From: Carcharhinus longimanus
Taxonomy: Eukaryota
Direction of reading: 5' to 3'
Length of the DNA stretch: 64,000 nt
Assembly (NCBI GenBank): GCA_030264375.1
Contig: JASCQW010000081.1
Span: 61,104,806 to 61,168,805 of the forward strand
Positions 1 through 12,564 of the stretch are shown here, piece by piece (within the stretch, counting starts at the first letter, position 1; every line of letters starts with the position of its first letter). The notes under the pieces are model-generated. The model saw nothing but the letters and a program-made list of their open reading frames with translations, did no database searches and was not told where the DNA came from. Both the position numbers and the translations under genes were made by a program.

Positions 1-82
1 GAAAGGGAGAAGAGCCAACATTTCTGGCCAGTCTGCTCAGTGAGTTTCTGCATGCTATACCCTAGAGCTTTATTTTTAACAT

Positions 83-213
83 GGGGCTGGATTCTCCGAC
101 CTCACCCGCAGCTGGGATTCTCCAGTCCCGCTGCATTGAACGGAGATTTGGCTGAGTGTCACGTTCTCCGTTCTCACTTGTAGTGAGGTGTGAACAGCTG
201 GAGAATTCTGGCC
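83..213. mobile_element. GC-rich MITE-like element with short TIRs (related elements at about 4387-4519, 8147-8728, 10347-10538, 30571-31140, 60488-60885, and one ending near 3080)
   Basis: ggctggattctcc ... ggagaattctggcc terminal inverted repeats; superfamily (possibly PIF/Harbinger) is inference. Confidence 0.5.
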
Positions 214-844
214 AAAGTCATCCAAGGGAATTGCAGTATGTGCAGGGATCTGATGGAAAACCCTCTTCACTTTACTTTCACTTGCTCATTTGGTCATGTA
301 TGCTGGCGTGATCTTCCTCAACTTCAGCAGGCAGCTGACTAATAGTTCACTGCACTGTGACAGGCTTTGACTGGCAGATATCTTCTACTATTAAGTAGAA
401 TGTTAATCAACATTTAAAACACGTGATATTAAAAAAACTGAGGAAGCTCTTGGATGAGGAGAAGCTATTCTATTTTGCTGTAAATTTATAATGTACAAAG
501 CGGTTTTCTGTGGCTCGTTCTGCTCTGGTCTGTCACTTTGCAGTTTGAATCAAACAGGCTGAAAAATACTTCCCCAAAATGGCATAAACCAAACACTTTT
601 AAATGTGAACAGTTAAGATGATCTGTTGTAAATATCTGCTTTCAAACCAATGTCATAAGATATTAATATTTGCCACCTCACACTCAACCCTCATTCAGAT
701 CAATGGTTGATTGATTAACTGTTGTATTCAAGTAACTTTTTAACAAAACACAAAAGAACTGCCAATTATGTTTAATACATATTTTCATAGTCACTATTGC
801 CAGAAAGCAGGAGCATTTTGTTTAATCTGTGCATAACTGATAAA

Positions 845-956
845 GTAGGAAGTTTCATAACACCAGATTAAAGTCCAACAGGTTTATTTGGAATCACAAG
901 CTTTCAGAGCACTGCTGTTTCATCGGGTGAGAGCTCTTGCTGTTCCCACTTCACAT
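845..956 (-). mobile_element. Short Penelope-like (PLE) element
   Basis: aacaccagattaaagtccaacaggtttatttggaatcacaagctttc is shared with 19009, 46091 and 51933; flanked by direct repeat cataactgataaa (832-844, 957-969). Confidence 0.7.
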
Positions 957-1593
957 CATAACTGATAAATGTAACAAATAGATAAAACTTTTTTAGGAGT
1001 CATTTTCAAACTTTTTTCTTTGTTTTTAAGAAATACATAGTTAGTATTTCAGATGAGCTCAGAGTTGATCTTTCACCCTGAACTGTATAGATCGAGAAGA
1101 TGCTGAAATAGTTAATCTCTTTTGAAGCAGTATTCTGGCAGTGATGTTTCCCTCAAGTTGCTGGGTCATGGTTAAAAACAATCTTCCTCCTGTGATGTGG
1201 TGCTGTGAGAGAAACAGAGCAGCCTGAGATGCAGGTTCCATCTGTCAGCCCAACAATACTATATGTCAGGGCTAAGACTTAAGTGGGGACTGAGTGAGGT
1301 AGTGGGTGAGCGAAAGCTTCTTGTGAAACTGTATGAACAAGTTAAGAAGGGTGTAAGTCAGCAGGATGGGAGAGAATACAGAGAGGAGTAACATAAATGG
1401 ACTTCATTCACTGTGTTTGATGAGTTAAAGTCTTGACCGGCTCCCTTGCTCTATTCTTGGACTAACAGGGGACCTGCTCCAATTCTTCAATGCAGCTGAA
1501 TTGAATAAATGGCATTAGAAAAATTGATGCAGTGGTTTGTTCAAGAGTAAAACTATATTTAAAGTTAATGCTGTGAATGTTGTTTAATTTCAG

Positions 1594-1695
1594 GGAGAGC
1601 CAATCACGTTTTGCGAGGAAAGTTATGTTGCCCATCGTTCTAGCACTATAAAACACTTTCTTCAAAATGCGGTACAGCTTCAACTATTTAAACAG
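1594..1695 (+). CDS. DENND1B: DENND1B internal coding exon A (end of DENN module)
   Basis: tttaatttcag|GGA...AAACAG|gtaaag; 102 nt, phase 0-0; GEPITFCEESYVAHRSSTIKHFLQNAVQLQLFKQ, matching recalled DENND1B GEPITFCEESF..HRSS..LQLFKQ. Confidence 0.93.
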
Positions 1696-3099
1696 GTAAA
1701 GAATGCATATTTGTGTATGGTGAGATTGTGGGGGGTAAGTTATTTTCGAAAATAATTTTGTACAACATAGCGCGCATATGTCTTAATTTAAGGTATGGAA
1801 GCACTAAAGAAAGTGCAACAAATATCTACAAGGCAAGAATTCTGAGTTTGTAGCGATCAAGAAGGAATTAATAGGCTGCGTTTTTTCTCCAGTGAAGAAC
1901 AGGCTGGTTGGTAACCTAATAGACCTCATCAAAATTGAGAGTTTGATAGGTTCGTGTAAAGGTGATATTTGAGAAATCCAAAGCAAAGGATCATAAATAT
2001 AAATAAATCTTAATAAAGGCTTTAAGGAAGTGATTAGAATGTGGGATTTGTTACCAAGTGAGATGCTTGAGGCAATTAGCATAAATGTATGAGGGAGAAA
2101 TGCTGATAATGACATGAGGCTGGGTGGGAATGAGCATTAATGGTCATCCAGGTGCTGGAGTTCCATTGACAGGCACCACATTGGAGGGTGACAGGGACAT
2201 GGTTGGTCTGTAGAAAGAAATCAGCACCGGGGATGGTGCAATGTGAAGTTTGACTCAGGTTGCATATCAGGTGCTGAATTTTCAAGAAACATTGGGATCA
2301 GAGGCTGGTTGGGTGACAGTTGGACACTATCGTGTTGGTGTGGCACCACAAGCCATTTTCAGAGAGACAGTGGACCCCCCACCAATCACATGCAGTGTGG
2401 CAGCAGACACTCCCTTATTCCCACCTCACCGATCACATGCAAAATGGCAGTGGACCCCCCCTGCCACTCCCACCAGAGAACCATCTGACCCATTACCTCC
2501 CCACCAGTGAGCCACCTGGTTCACCATTCCCCCTCAGCCCCCTCCACCCCCCATCCCGAGAGCCATCTGACCAGCCTCCCTACCCCCCCCACCAGAGAGC
2601 NNNNNNNNNNNNNNNNNNNNNNNNNNNNNNNNNNNNNNNNNNNNNNNNNNNNNNNNNNNNNNNNNNNNNNNNNNNNNNNNNNNNNNNNNNNNNNNNNNNN
2701 GATCTGACCTGCCTCCCTTTTTCCCACCTCCACACTAAAGAGCCATTTCTGAACTTACCTCCTCCGAAGCTGGAGTGCCCGAATCAGACCTTTGCATGCC
2801 ATAACTGTTTCGTGCTGAATCTGGATGGGTGAACATGTTGGTAAGGGGGCAGTCAGTAAGTTTGGGCGTGTAGCCCATTAAATCAATTTAAATGCATGCA
2901 AATGCATTTAAATTGACATTGCGCCCATTTTGGGCATGGTCCCGAGGGTGGCCATTTTCACCCCTTGGTAACGGGGAACGGACATGGAAGTGGGCATGGA
3001 TTACACTACACGCCTCACGCCCGACTTTACCAAGTTTTTGCGCCCGAAAACAGTGCAACTTGATGATAAAATCAGGCCCATTGTGTAAGAAAATAAAAG

Positions 3100-4265
3100 C
3101 TTCTTCACATCACCTCAAATCAGTGTCTTTGGGTTACCAACCCTTCTGCCACTCAAACTTGTTTCACCTTCTTTACGCTTAGCAAAATCGTTCACAATTT
3201 TGTACACCTCATCAAGATCCGCTCTTCACCTTCTTTTGCTCGAAGGAGAAACCAAACTTCTGCAGTCTCTTTACAGAACTGAAGCACCTTATCCCTGGTA
3301 GCATCCCAGTAAATCGCTCTACAGCACCTTTGAACTGTTTGGTGTCCAGACTTAAACGCTCAATTCCAGATGCAGTTTAACCAACATTTACAATGGTTCA
3401 GCATAACTTCCTTGCTATAATAATTAAAATTTGACATGTTTTGAAATTAAACTCCAAACTTTATTGAGGTAAATTTGAAAGACACTGGGGGAGAGTCATT
3501 TCATTACTTAACTAACCTGATGCATTCCAGGAATCGTGCATGTATGCACACAGATTGCAGGGTGCCTTAAGTTGCCAGAGTCACTGCTCTGGGGAACAAA
3601 ATGTGGGGCGATATAAAGTTTAAGTTGAAAAATTTATGCAAAGACTTGCATATCATTGGTCATAAATTTCCTGCTTGTTGTCTCTAAAATGGTACATACA
3701 CATTAGAGCCAGGCTTGGGCTATACCGCCCTCGAGCCTGCTCCGCCATTCAGTAAGATCATGGCTGAACTGTTTGTAACCTCAACTCCAAATTCCTTTCA
3801 AGCCCTTGTTAATCAAGAATCTACATTAATCAAGAATCTACGCTGTTTAAAAAAGGTAGCAGGCAAAAGGCAGGGAATTATAGGCCAGTTAGTTTAACGT
3901 CTGTTGTTGGAAAAATGNNNNNNNNNNNNNNNNNNNNNNNNNNNNNNNNNNNNNNNNNNNNNNNNNNNNNNNNNNNNNNNNNNNNNNNNNNNNNNNNNNN
4001 NNNNNNNNNNNNNNNNNAAAGTCCCCCAGAGATTCATGGCTCTGAGACAAAAACATTCTCCTCATCTTTGTCCAAAGTGAGCAACACCTTATTTTAAACA
4101 ATGATCCCTTGTTCGAGATTCTCCGACAGAAGGAAATATCCTCTCCACATCCATACTGTCAATGTCCCTTGGGATCTTAAAGGTTTGGTCAAGTCGCCTC
4201 TTACCCTTCTAAACTCGAATGGGTGTTAACCTAATCTGTCCAGCCTTTCCTCATAGGACAACCCA
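3100..4265. mobile_element. Cluster of CR1/HER1 LINE fragments, mostly minus strand; one plus-strand RT piece at 3845-3917
   Basis: FKKGSRQKAGNYRPVSLTSVVGKM; HER1-type tail gagcctgctccgccattcagtaagatcatggctg. Confidence 0.65.
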
Positions 4266-6477
4266 CCCATCAGTGTAGTAAACTGGGCAATCATTCCCTA
4301 CATCAACCATATTTCTTTGTGAATCTACCCTATTGCTAAAACCGCCATTTGTCTGTGATGTTGAGCCATTTTTAAAAAAAGACATTGGGAGGAATTTTCC
4401 TGGCCTGCCCTCTGTGGAAATCATAGCAGACGGGAGGGAAGCGTGGACCATGCAAAGGTCCTCTGAACTTAGGTGGGATTTTCCGGTTTTGGGGTGAACG
4501 TGGCCAGAAAATCTGGCCCTCTTTCTCATGTCGAATCTTCATCTCCATTTGTCAACTTTTGCACATTTTTAATTTAGGAGCATTCAGGCATTTAATGATT
4601 CTTATTGATTGGCTGTTTGCTTTTAACAGTGATGATAAGGTTGTACGCTTGAGAAATATCGCTTCAAATTTGAGTTCTTACAAATTTGTTGATTAGAAGT
4701 TGCAATAAGAAAATGAGTATTTAGCTAATTTCTGGGGAAATATGCACCTGTATTGCTGGAAAAAAAAGTTCAACAATTATTTGGACATTGATGATTTGCA
4801 GTCCTGGAGCAGACTGATGTAGCTTGGTAGTATGTGGAGACTGATCGTTAATCAAGTGCTATCTTATGACAGAAGAGAATTTTTTGAGTTGGTATGATAG
4901 TAACCTGCACTTAAAAGACTTCCCGGCCCTGTAGTAGCTCAGTTGTTATTATCTCATTCTACTTAAAAATGAAATCCAGTAAAATAGCACTGATCTGACC
5001 ATGAACCAAGGCTGTGGTTCTTGGAGAAAGGCCCATTCAGAATAAATGGGACTCTGTCCAATGAAGACCCGGATTATCAGTCTGGCTTCCATCACTTGTA
5101 TCCCATGTACTGCTGCCATTGTTTTAATTTACAGAAATTTAACTTGTTCCATATCAACAACTGAATTGGTTGCCTCTGATTACAACTACTGAGCGCATTA
5201 ATTAGAGTCAATCTTGGCAGTCCAGTGAACTTCTTCCTTTTCATTTGTCCTGAATTTAATTCAGATATTGTACTTATTTCTGTTTAGTTTCTTGGGCAAG
5301 TGCAGAAATATTTTTCACCAGTCCCATCTTGTACAAAACAAGTAACTTTATAATTAAAACCTATTAAAACTTTGGACAGTTTTCACATTTGGAAAAGTAT
5401 GAATTAGGTCATTGCAAGGTTTCTACACACTACATGCTTGAAGACTTATCCTGATAGTTGATTTGAATTTTTCTGACATTCTTTCATGGCATTTTGGCAT
5501 CGTTGGCTAGGCCAGCGTTTGTTGTCCATCCCTTAACTATCCTTGAGAAATTGACAGGGCTAATAGGAAATTTTGGATGGGATGATGCATCATATGACAA
5601 ACGTTTTCCAGTACCTTTTAACGATATTCTTTATTTATGGCTTGTATCTTTCAAACTTTGCGGTTTAAAAACTGCTAGCTTTGGAAACCTACGCCAGGGT
5701 GCTCTAATTTTGTTGTTTTTAGTCATTCAACAATTGTTTTGCTTGTTAAACATTTCAGTGCATGTTTGCTGCAGAAAGTCCCAGTTTAATATTTTAAGCA
5801 TTAACATCACTTCTCATTGGAACACATTTTTTCCACCTTCAGTATTTCGTGCAGAGGTGTTGTGCTCTGAAACAGTTATTCACAAAAGTGATGTGAGAAA
5901 TTTGATGACGGGATTAATAATCTAAATGCCAATTAGCATCCTCCCAGATAGTAAATGGAATTCACTTGATCAATTCATTTGTTCTGCTGAATAACTAAGT
6001 AAAATTAGAACCAATTGTGTTACTTTAGTTAAATTGTTTCACCACCTTAATTATGTCGTAACAGTTGGAAACATTGGCTTGAGTATCAAAGGCATAAAAC
6101 AATGTTGCACAAACATGGCTACCTTGATAGTATTTCTGAAGTAAGTTGCATGTTTTTTAAGTGCAATGCAAAAGCACTCCATAAATTTCCTGATAAAACT
6201 ATATTTGCAGAGCGCATGAGGAATGTTGCTAGTTTGTTATTTCTTTTTTTAATCTGTGACGCACAAATACACTTTATTTTTATGATTCTGCATACTGCTA
6301 TGTCTGTTTTATGCTTTGATGAATTTCTGTTTTAATATCAAAGGTATGTAAAGAAAGATAAATTATGGCATTGATCTGCCAAGAAATTGTGATAGCGCTT
6401 GAGGTTTTTTCTGACATTTAGTTATTAGGACCAATATTCTTTTGTTAACTTACTGGAGAGTTGTGAGGAAAACACTT

Positions 6478-7065
6478 ACTTTATTGCTCATTCATGACAT
6501 GTGGGAGTTGATGATTAGACCAGCATTTATTTCTCATCCTAATTGCCCTTGAGGAGGTGGTAGTAATCCACCTTCTTGAACCACGGTGCTGTTAGGAAGG
6601 GTTCAAGAATTTTGATCCAGCAGCAGTGAAGGAACGTCAATATATTTCCAAGTTAGGATGCTATGTGACTTGGAGGGGAAATTACAGCTGGTGGTGTTCT
6701 CGTGTATTTGCCGCCCTTGTCCTGTGTGGTAGAGGTTGCAGGTTTGGAAGCTGCTCTTGAAGGAACCTTGGTGAGTTGCTGCAGTACATCTTGTAGATGG
6801 TACAAACTGCTGCCAGTGTGTGTGTTGGTGAAGGGATTGAATATTTAAAGTGGTGAATGGGGTGTCAATCAAGCAGGCTGCTTTGTCCTAGATGGTACCA
6901 ATCTTTTTGAGTGTCGCTGGAGCTGCACCGATCTAGGCAATTGGAGAGTATGTTTTTAAGACTTCTCTGACTCGTGCTTTGTAGATGGTGAATAGGCTTT
7001 AGGGAGTCAGAAGGTGAGTCCCAAAATTCCCAGTCTCTGAATTGCTCACCCAGCCACAGGTATTC
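6478..7065 (-). mobile_element. CR1-like LINE 3' fragment (same family as 57785; other pieces at about 5490-5550, 12985-13210, 22045-22230, 42850-43230)
   Basis: Shared 3' terminus ccagcatttatt...cctaattgcccttgag and shared downstream body. Confidence 0.72.
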
Positions 7066-7819
7066 TGCTCATCGATATGACCTGATAACCAATAGAGAAA
7101 GATCTCACATTGACATTGGCCTGGGCCTCTCACTCTTCTGATTAATTTGAGACCAGACGTCAGGACCCCGTGGAAGTCCTGGCTCACTGTCACCATGGGA
7201 GTTGTCCACCATGTTTGTAAGCCTGATGGGCAATTCCTGTGCTCTCCAGGAAAGTTCTCTGACACTGAGTTTGAGTTGGAGACTCTCTGAATAGTTTCTG
7301 CATGCTAACCTAGATAGTTACCCAGTCCAACTCCTTGATAACTATACAGCTGACCCCCCAGTCACTTAAACATCTTTGACCCCTGATAACCCATGAACTG
7401 ACCACCTCCCCCCCCCAAACAATTTCACTAGCTCCTTACATGACATCCTGAACCACTCACCCACTTTGCCACCCCACCCACCCACCCTACTCACTTATCT
7501 CTCCCACACTACCCATTCACTTAGTTGTCCACTAACCCAGTCACCAGCATTTACACTGAACAGTTAATCTTGCCATCAGGTAGCTAGTGCAGTGCAAAGG
7601 GGATGTGCAATCTGCACTGACTCTCTCTGTGACTCACGGCATGGATTATTGGGTTGTGTGTTCTTCTGCATTGTGGATTGGAAGCCTGGCCTTTCCAGAT
7701 TTATTCACTGGGTAGCTGTCAGTCTGATCAGCATCTGACGCAGCAGTTCTAATGCTGGTCAGAACACTTGGGCCATTGTTTACATCGATACTATTGATTT
7801 GTATTCTCAGAATTGATTT

Positions 7820-8148
7820 GTATGCAGCTGGTAGCACTCTCGGTCCTGGAGTTAAACATTGCGGATTCAAGTCCCATGTCAAGGTTTGAGCCCCAAAATA
7901 AAAGCTGACCCTCTAGTGCAGTCCTGATGGAGTACCACAATGTCAGAGGTGTTTTGTCTTTGATATGAGACATTAAAGAGGCCCTACCTGACCTCTCAAA
8001 TGGACTTGAAAGATCCCAAGTCAATACTTTGAACAAGAGTTATCCCTTCTTGGCAAATACCTAGCCTGGAATGAGTACTACAAAAGCTGATTTTTGGGTC
8101 ATTATCCTGTTATCATTTGTGGGAGCAAATTTCCTGAATTGCAACAGT
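7820..8148 (+). mobile_element. Deu-SINE (SacSINE1/AmnSINE-like) old copy
   Basis: ggtagcactctc..ggattcaagtccc head; gtgcagtcctgatggag..gtcagaggtg..gagacattaaa..aagatccc core; gtcattatc..tttgtgggagc. Confidence 0.7.
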
Positions 8149-8894
8149 GGGATTTTCTGCTGGTGCCTGCCATCGCAGGTCAGAAATGTGCCAAAGGACA
8201 ATGTGACCCTTACTTGCATCCCGTTAATAGAATGTAGATGAAGGCCAGCAGGAAAATACGTCAGTGTGAAACACATTCATACAACATGGCGTGCAGATGT
8301 CAGGACACATCTGCACAATGCCAGGGGCTGCCAGAAAAGTGGGTGCAGAATCCTGGACCCTGGAAGAGCACAGCAGTGGGTCAGAGGAGCATTCACAGGT
8401 AATGCTTCCAGATTAGGTGCCCTGGAGGGGGTTCATCTTCCAGCCTCAACGTTTCTGGCAATCCATCTTCATTCTCAGGAGGTCCACCTTTTCTCAATAG
8501 TGAGTCAGACAGGTTGGATCCTTTTCAATGTGGCAGCCAGACATGATGGCAGTCTACATACCATCCAGGCCTGCCTGCCACTCAATCCGTTATGAGACAC
8601 CTGGGTATGTAATTGATGAGGCCAGGGTCAGATGATTTGGTGTGTTTTCCCACTGGCTTCCACAGCAAGAAACACTCCACATTCCTGCCCCTGCCACAGG
8701 ACTAAGTCTCATGGGCAAATTCCACCCAGTGAGTCAGGCCAACTTAGAGATCAGTGAACTATGTCGAATATCTGTTATTTTATGGAAGTGACAATTATNN
8801 NNNNNNNNTTATTTCCCCTGTAAACTTAGGCAGTCATTTTTGGTCTTCCAACTGTGACAAAACTGCACAGCCAAAAAGAATGCAAGTTCATTGA

Positions 8895-9292
8895 TGTTGA
8901 CCTGAACCGTTAACTCTAGTTTCTCTCACCACAGATGCTGCCAGACCAGAATATCTCTGGTGTTTTCTGTTTGACGCTCAGTGCCTGCACTATTTTGCTT
9001 TTGTATTAATGCACAGCCAAATTCTGTTTTCTCCTGGAATCCATAGACGTGGCAAACCAACTGGAGATGAGGATCAAGGCAAAATACAATGGATTCTCGA
9101 ATCTGAAACAGAACAGAAGATTCTACAATATCTCAGCAGGTCTGACAGCATCCGTGGAGAGAGAATAGAGCCAACGTTCCGAGTCTGGACGATCCTGCTC
9201 TGACTAAGATTGAACTTGAAAACGTTGGCTGTGCTGTCTTTCCACAGATGCTGTCAGACTGCTGAGACTTTCCAGCATTTTCTGTTTCTGTA
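8895..9292. mobile_element. Hairpin-forming Penelope-derived short repeats (partial copy plus an inverted pair at about 9080-9292)
   Basis: ctcagcaggtctgacagcatccgtggaga is inverted relative to tttccacagatgctgtcagactgctgag; another fragment at about 63645-63705. Confidence 0.6.
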
Positions 9293-9524
9293 GAGATGAC
9301 GCTCAGTGGTTTGCTTTCTGCCCATTCATCAAAAGCTGCTGCACCCAATGGTGCTGTCCGCACTGCTGCAAGATGAGATCGGCTAAATTGCTGAATCATT
9401 CTACGAATCCAGTCATTTTCCACTTAGTAATCAAGATAAGTTACACAAATTGGACAATCACAGAGGTATCTGCCCTGCAAACAAGAGATTTATTACTTAT
9501 ATTCAAGTTGAGATTGGATTTTGT

Positions 9525-9757
9525 AAAAGTAAAGTCATTACAGTCCCGGATAACCATAGGCTGCTCTTTATTTTGAGGGGAAGAGTTGACTGGTGGTGAT
9601 TTAACCTGAGGACCACCACACCTTGGGCAAGGGGCAAAGTTGGAGAAGACAAGACGTTTGTGAATAACTTGAGCCCATACTGGAAATGAAGACGTGCTGT
9701 TGGCGTCAGTCTGCATCACAAACCAGTTGAACAGCCAACTGAGCTAACTGACTCCCC
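9525..9757 (-). mobile_element. tRNA-headed SINE (family 3), copy 1
   Basis: Minus strand begins GGGGAGTCAGTTAGCTCAGTTGG (A box) and ends ...GACTTTACTTTT. Confidence 0.7.
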
Positions 9758-9972
9758 ATTAATAAGATTTTGTGCACTGTATATCTGATAAACACTGTGT
9801 GCACAATCTGAAATATTTACCTAGAGCTGCACGCATTTTGTTTCTTGTGGACCTTCACGGTTCTTCCATTTTTAAGTCTCAAGTGAGTTAGCACAGCCCA
9901 GAATGTCTGTCACTATCGTCGATCTTGCCTATTTTTTCTTCACTGAACTATACATTTTTTTCTTTTTGTTAG

Positions 9973-10063
9973 TTTATTGATGGCAGGTTGGAAAAGTTAA
10001 ATGCAGGGAAAGGATTTTCAGATGTTTTTGAAGATGAGATAACTGCTGGAGGCTACAGTGGAG
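9973..10063 (+). CDS. DENND1B: DENND1B exon B (contains the FxDxF AP-2-binding-type motif FSDVF)
   Basis: tctttttgttag|TTT...GGAG|gtaagg; 91 nt, phase 0-1; [30 protein letters not shown]. Confidence 0.95.
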
Positions 10064-11056
10064 GTAAGGCACCAAATTATACTGAGAAGTCTTTTTTTGC
10101 CTAATTATCTCCTCCAAGATTCTGCCGTCTTTACTCTTCAATTTTCTGTCAGATATCGAGTTACACTCCTCATCTCCACTACCCATGCCCAGCATCTCCC
10201 CTCCAACTTGATTCTAAATTTGGGATAGATTTGGGGCTTTGATTTCATTACATTTGATCCACTTATCAAATCTTGAATATTGTTTTTATTTGTTTTTTGC
10301 ATTATTACTTGGGCTAACATTTGCTTTCAAAATGGCAACACTGAAGCTGGGGATTTTTTGCTGCCCCCCTCTCCCCCAACACCATGGTGTAATTTCCAGC
10401 ATTGGAGTTGACTAAGCATTTTCCACTAGTGGGTTCTTCAGGTCCTGCTGAAGTAGACAGTGTCTAGTACGTCATGACCCCCTCACGATGGTGGGACTGG
10501 AAGATCCTGCTGACTGGTACAGCTAGAAAATCCCATCCTGATGTCATTGCACTTAAGGGTTCAACCCAAATTCTTTTTTTGGTCGCTTCAATCTGGTTCG
10601 ACAGCTGACCTTTCTATATGTGAATCACTGAGCATAACAGAGGAAAANNNNNNNNNNCATTGTAATGTCTATATATGTAAAACTCTATGATGGAGTCTCA
10701 GCCCAGAAACAACAACTCCTTTTTGGGCACTTTTATTTATTAAGGGTGCGGGGATTAGAAAGAGAAAGCAAGAATCCTGTTCTGAAGATAAGTATACTTA
10801 GCAGGAGGAGATCAGGGGCAGGAGGCAGAGAATTATGGTCCTAGCTGAAACCCAAGGCCTCTGTAAAGCATTGACTGTTCTCAAGTTCATTCGATTTGCT
10901 TCAAAGCTCATGACTCATTCCTGTCATCATTCTACAAATCCAGTCATTTTCCACTTAGTAATCAAGATAAGTTACACAAATTGGATGATCACAGCGGTAT
11001 CTGCCCTGCAAACAAGAGATTTATTTACTTGCTTTCAAGTTGAGATTAGATTTTGT

Positions 11057-11281
11057 AAAAGTAAAGTCAACATAGTTCCAGATGACCATAGGCTGTTCCC
11101 TCTTTTGGGGGGGAAGAGCTGACTGGTGGTGGTTTAACCTGAGGACCACCACATCTCGGGTAAGGGGCAAAGTTGGAGAAGACAAGACGTTCATGAATAA
11201 TTTGAGACCATACTGGAAATGAACACATGCTGTTGGCGTCACTCTGCATCACAAACCAGCTGTCCAGCTAACTGACTCCCC
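11057..11281 (-). mobile_element. tRNA-headed SINE (family 3), copy 2
   Basis: Same element; perfect 12-bp TSD attagattttgt (11045-11056, 11282-11293). Confidence 0.72.
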
Positions 11282-11442
11282 ATTAGATTTTGTGCACTGT
11301 ATGTCAGATAAACACCGTGTGCACAATGTGAAATATTTGCCAGCCCCTTTTTTTTTGCTCTCCACGTGAAACATGACTTGCATGTTTTTTTTCCGTTTTA
11401 ATGCAAGAAGTAACCCTAGAACCTTTTTTTAATTATCCACAG

Positions 11443-11483
11443 GAAGTTCAAAGTCTTACCAACAATGGATGCACACAGTCAAG
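11443..11483 (+). CDS. DENND1B: DENND1B exon C
   Basis: ttatccacag|GA...GTCAAG|gtgagg; 41 nt, phase 1-0; (G)SSKSYQQWMHTVK. Confidence 0.93.
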
Positions 11484-11799
11484 GTGAGGATGATATTCCT
11501 GTTGATGCTGATTAGCAACGTGCACTTGTTTCTAGTTACAGTCACTCTAGTTTAGCATTGTCAGCTGCAAATAATCTTTCCACAGTGATAATCTTCAAAT
11601 AACAATTGGATGGGGATTTGGCACATTAGTTCAACACTTTTTTGTATTCTTTGCGTCCTGAACCAGCGTAGTCTCAACAGGCTGATGTGCAATCCTGCTT
11701 AAAGCTACCCTGGTGGCATGAGAGATACATATATTTGGCACGGATTCATAATGATTGTAACTCAATGCAAAGTGATTGTAAATTTGTAATCTCCTGGAG

Positions 11800-12564
11800 A
11801 ATCCACTAGGATGATTGAAAAGGAATTTAGTAGATAATAAAATGTAGAAGCCATTGTCGTGAAATTAGGATATGATTTGGGGAATAGCTATTTCTTCACC
11901 TTGTATGGCATATCAACACACTATTTCCTGCAATGTTAGCAACAAATCATATCTGCAACTTGCGCAGTTTTAAGTGACGATAACCCTCAAAAACAACGCA
12001 TTTATTGAGATGTGTTGTGTGAAATACATGTCATTTTGTGTCATTAAAGTGCAAAATATGCTTTGTGGGATGTGAATTCAGGTCGAAATTCCTGACCAGC
12101 TAACTTCTCGGGATGGTTTACATTCAAAAACCGTGGCCCCTTGTTCACCAACCCATTCCCCAAATTGACAAAATAAAAGAAAGCCAACTGAAAGAATGGC
12201 GTTGTCCATGAACATTTCTTATATGGAAGTATAATTAGTGTGTCCGTCCATATTATAATCACCTTGAATTTCAAAAGATGTCATTAAAATCAGCAAATGT
12301 ATTTTTAAACATTACTGACAATATATTATCCTGAAGATAAAGTGAGTATTCAAAGTCCTGTACTATACTTAATACACCACAGCTCAATAAATGCAATGCC
12401 TCGCTATTTTTGAAGGGTATTATCACTTATCGTGTATGTGGTAACATCATGTGACATAATCTGTTGATTTGCTATACAAAATGACGAAATAGCTACTTCA
12501 CGAATCACATCCTAATTTCAGAACAATAACTTCCATTTCTATCATCCAGTCATCCTTATGGATT
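11800..12564. repeat. Long diverged inverted repeat (arms about 11800-12020 and 12371-12564), likely an old non-autonomous DNA transposon
   Basis: tgaaattaggatatgatttggggaatagctatttc vs reverse complement tgaaattaggatgtgattcgtgaagtagctatttc; gcatttattgagatgtg vs gcatttattgagctgtg. Confidence 0.75.

Larger units (their letters stand above)
9396..11343 (+). repeat. Direct local duplication: 9396-9824 and 10927-11343
   Basis: Colinear units of about 420-430 bp, each including the SINE and the non-SINE flanks on both sides. Confidence 0.9.

Noticed and set aside
2250-2832. Proline-rich ORFs
   Set aside because: C-rich low-complexity interior of a MITE-like repeat, interrupted by a gap
5494-5925. 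143-aa ORF
   Set aside because: Starts at a TTG inside a LINE tail, no recognisable protein similarity, intronic
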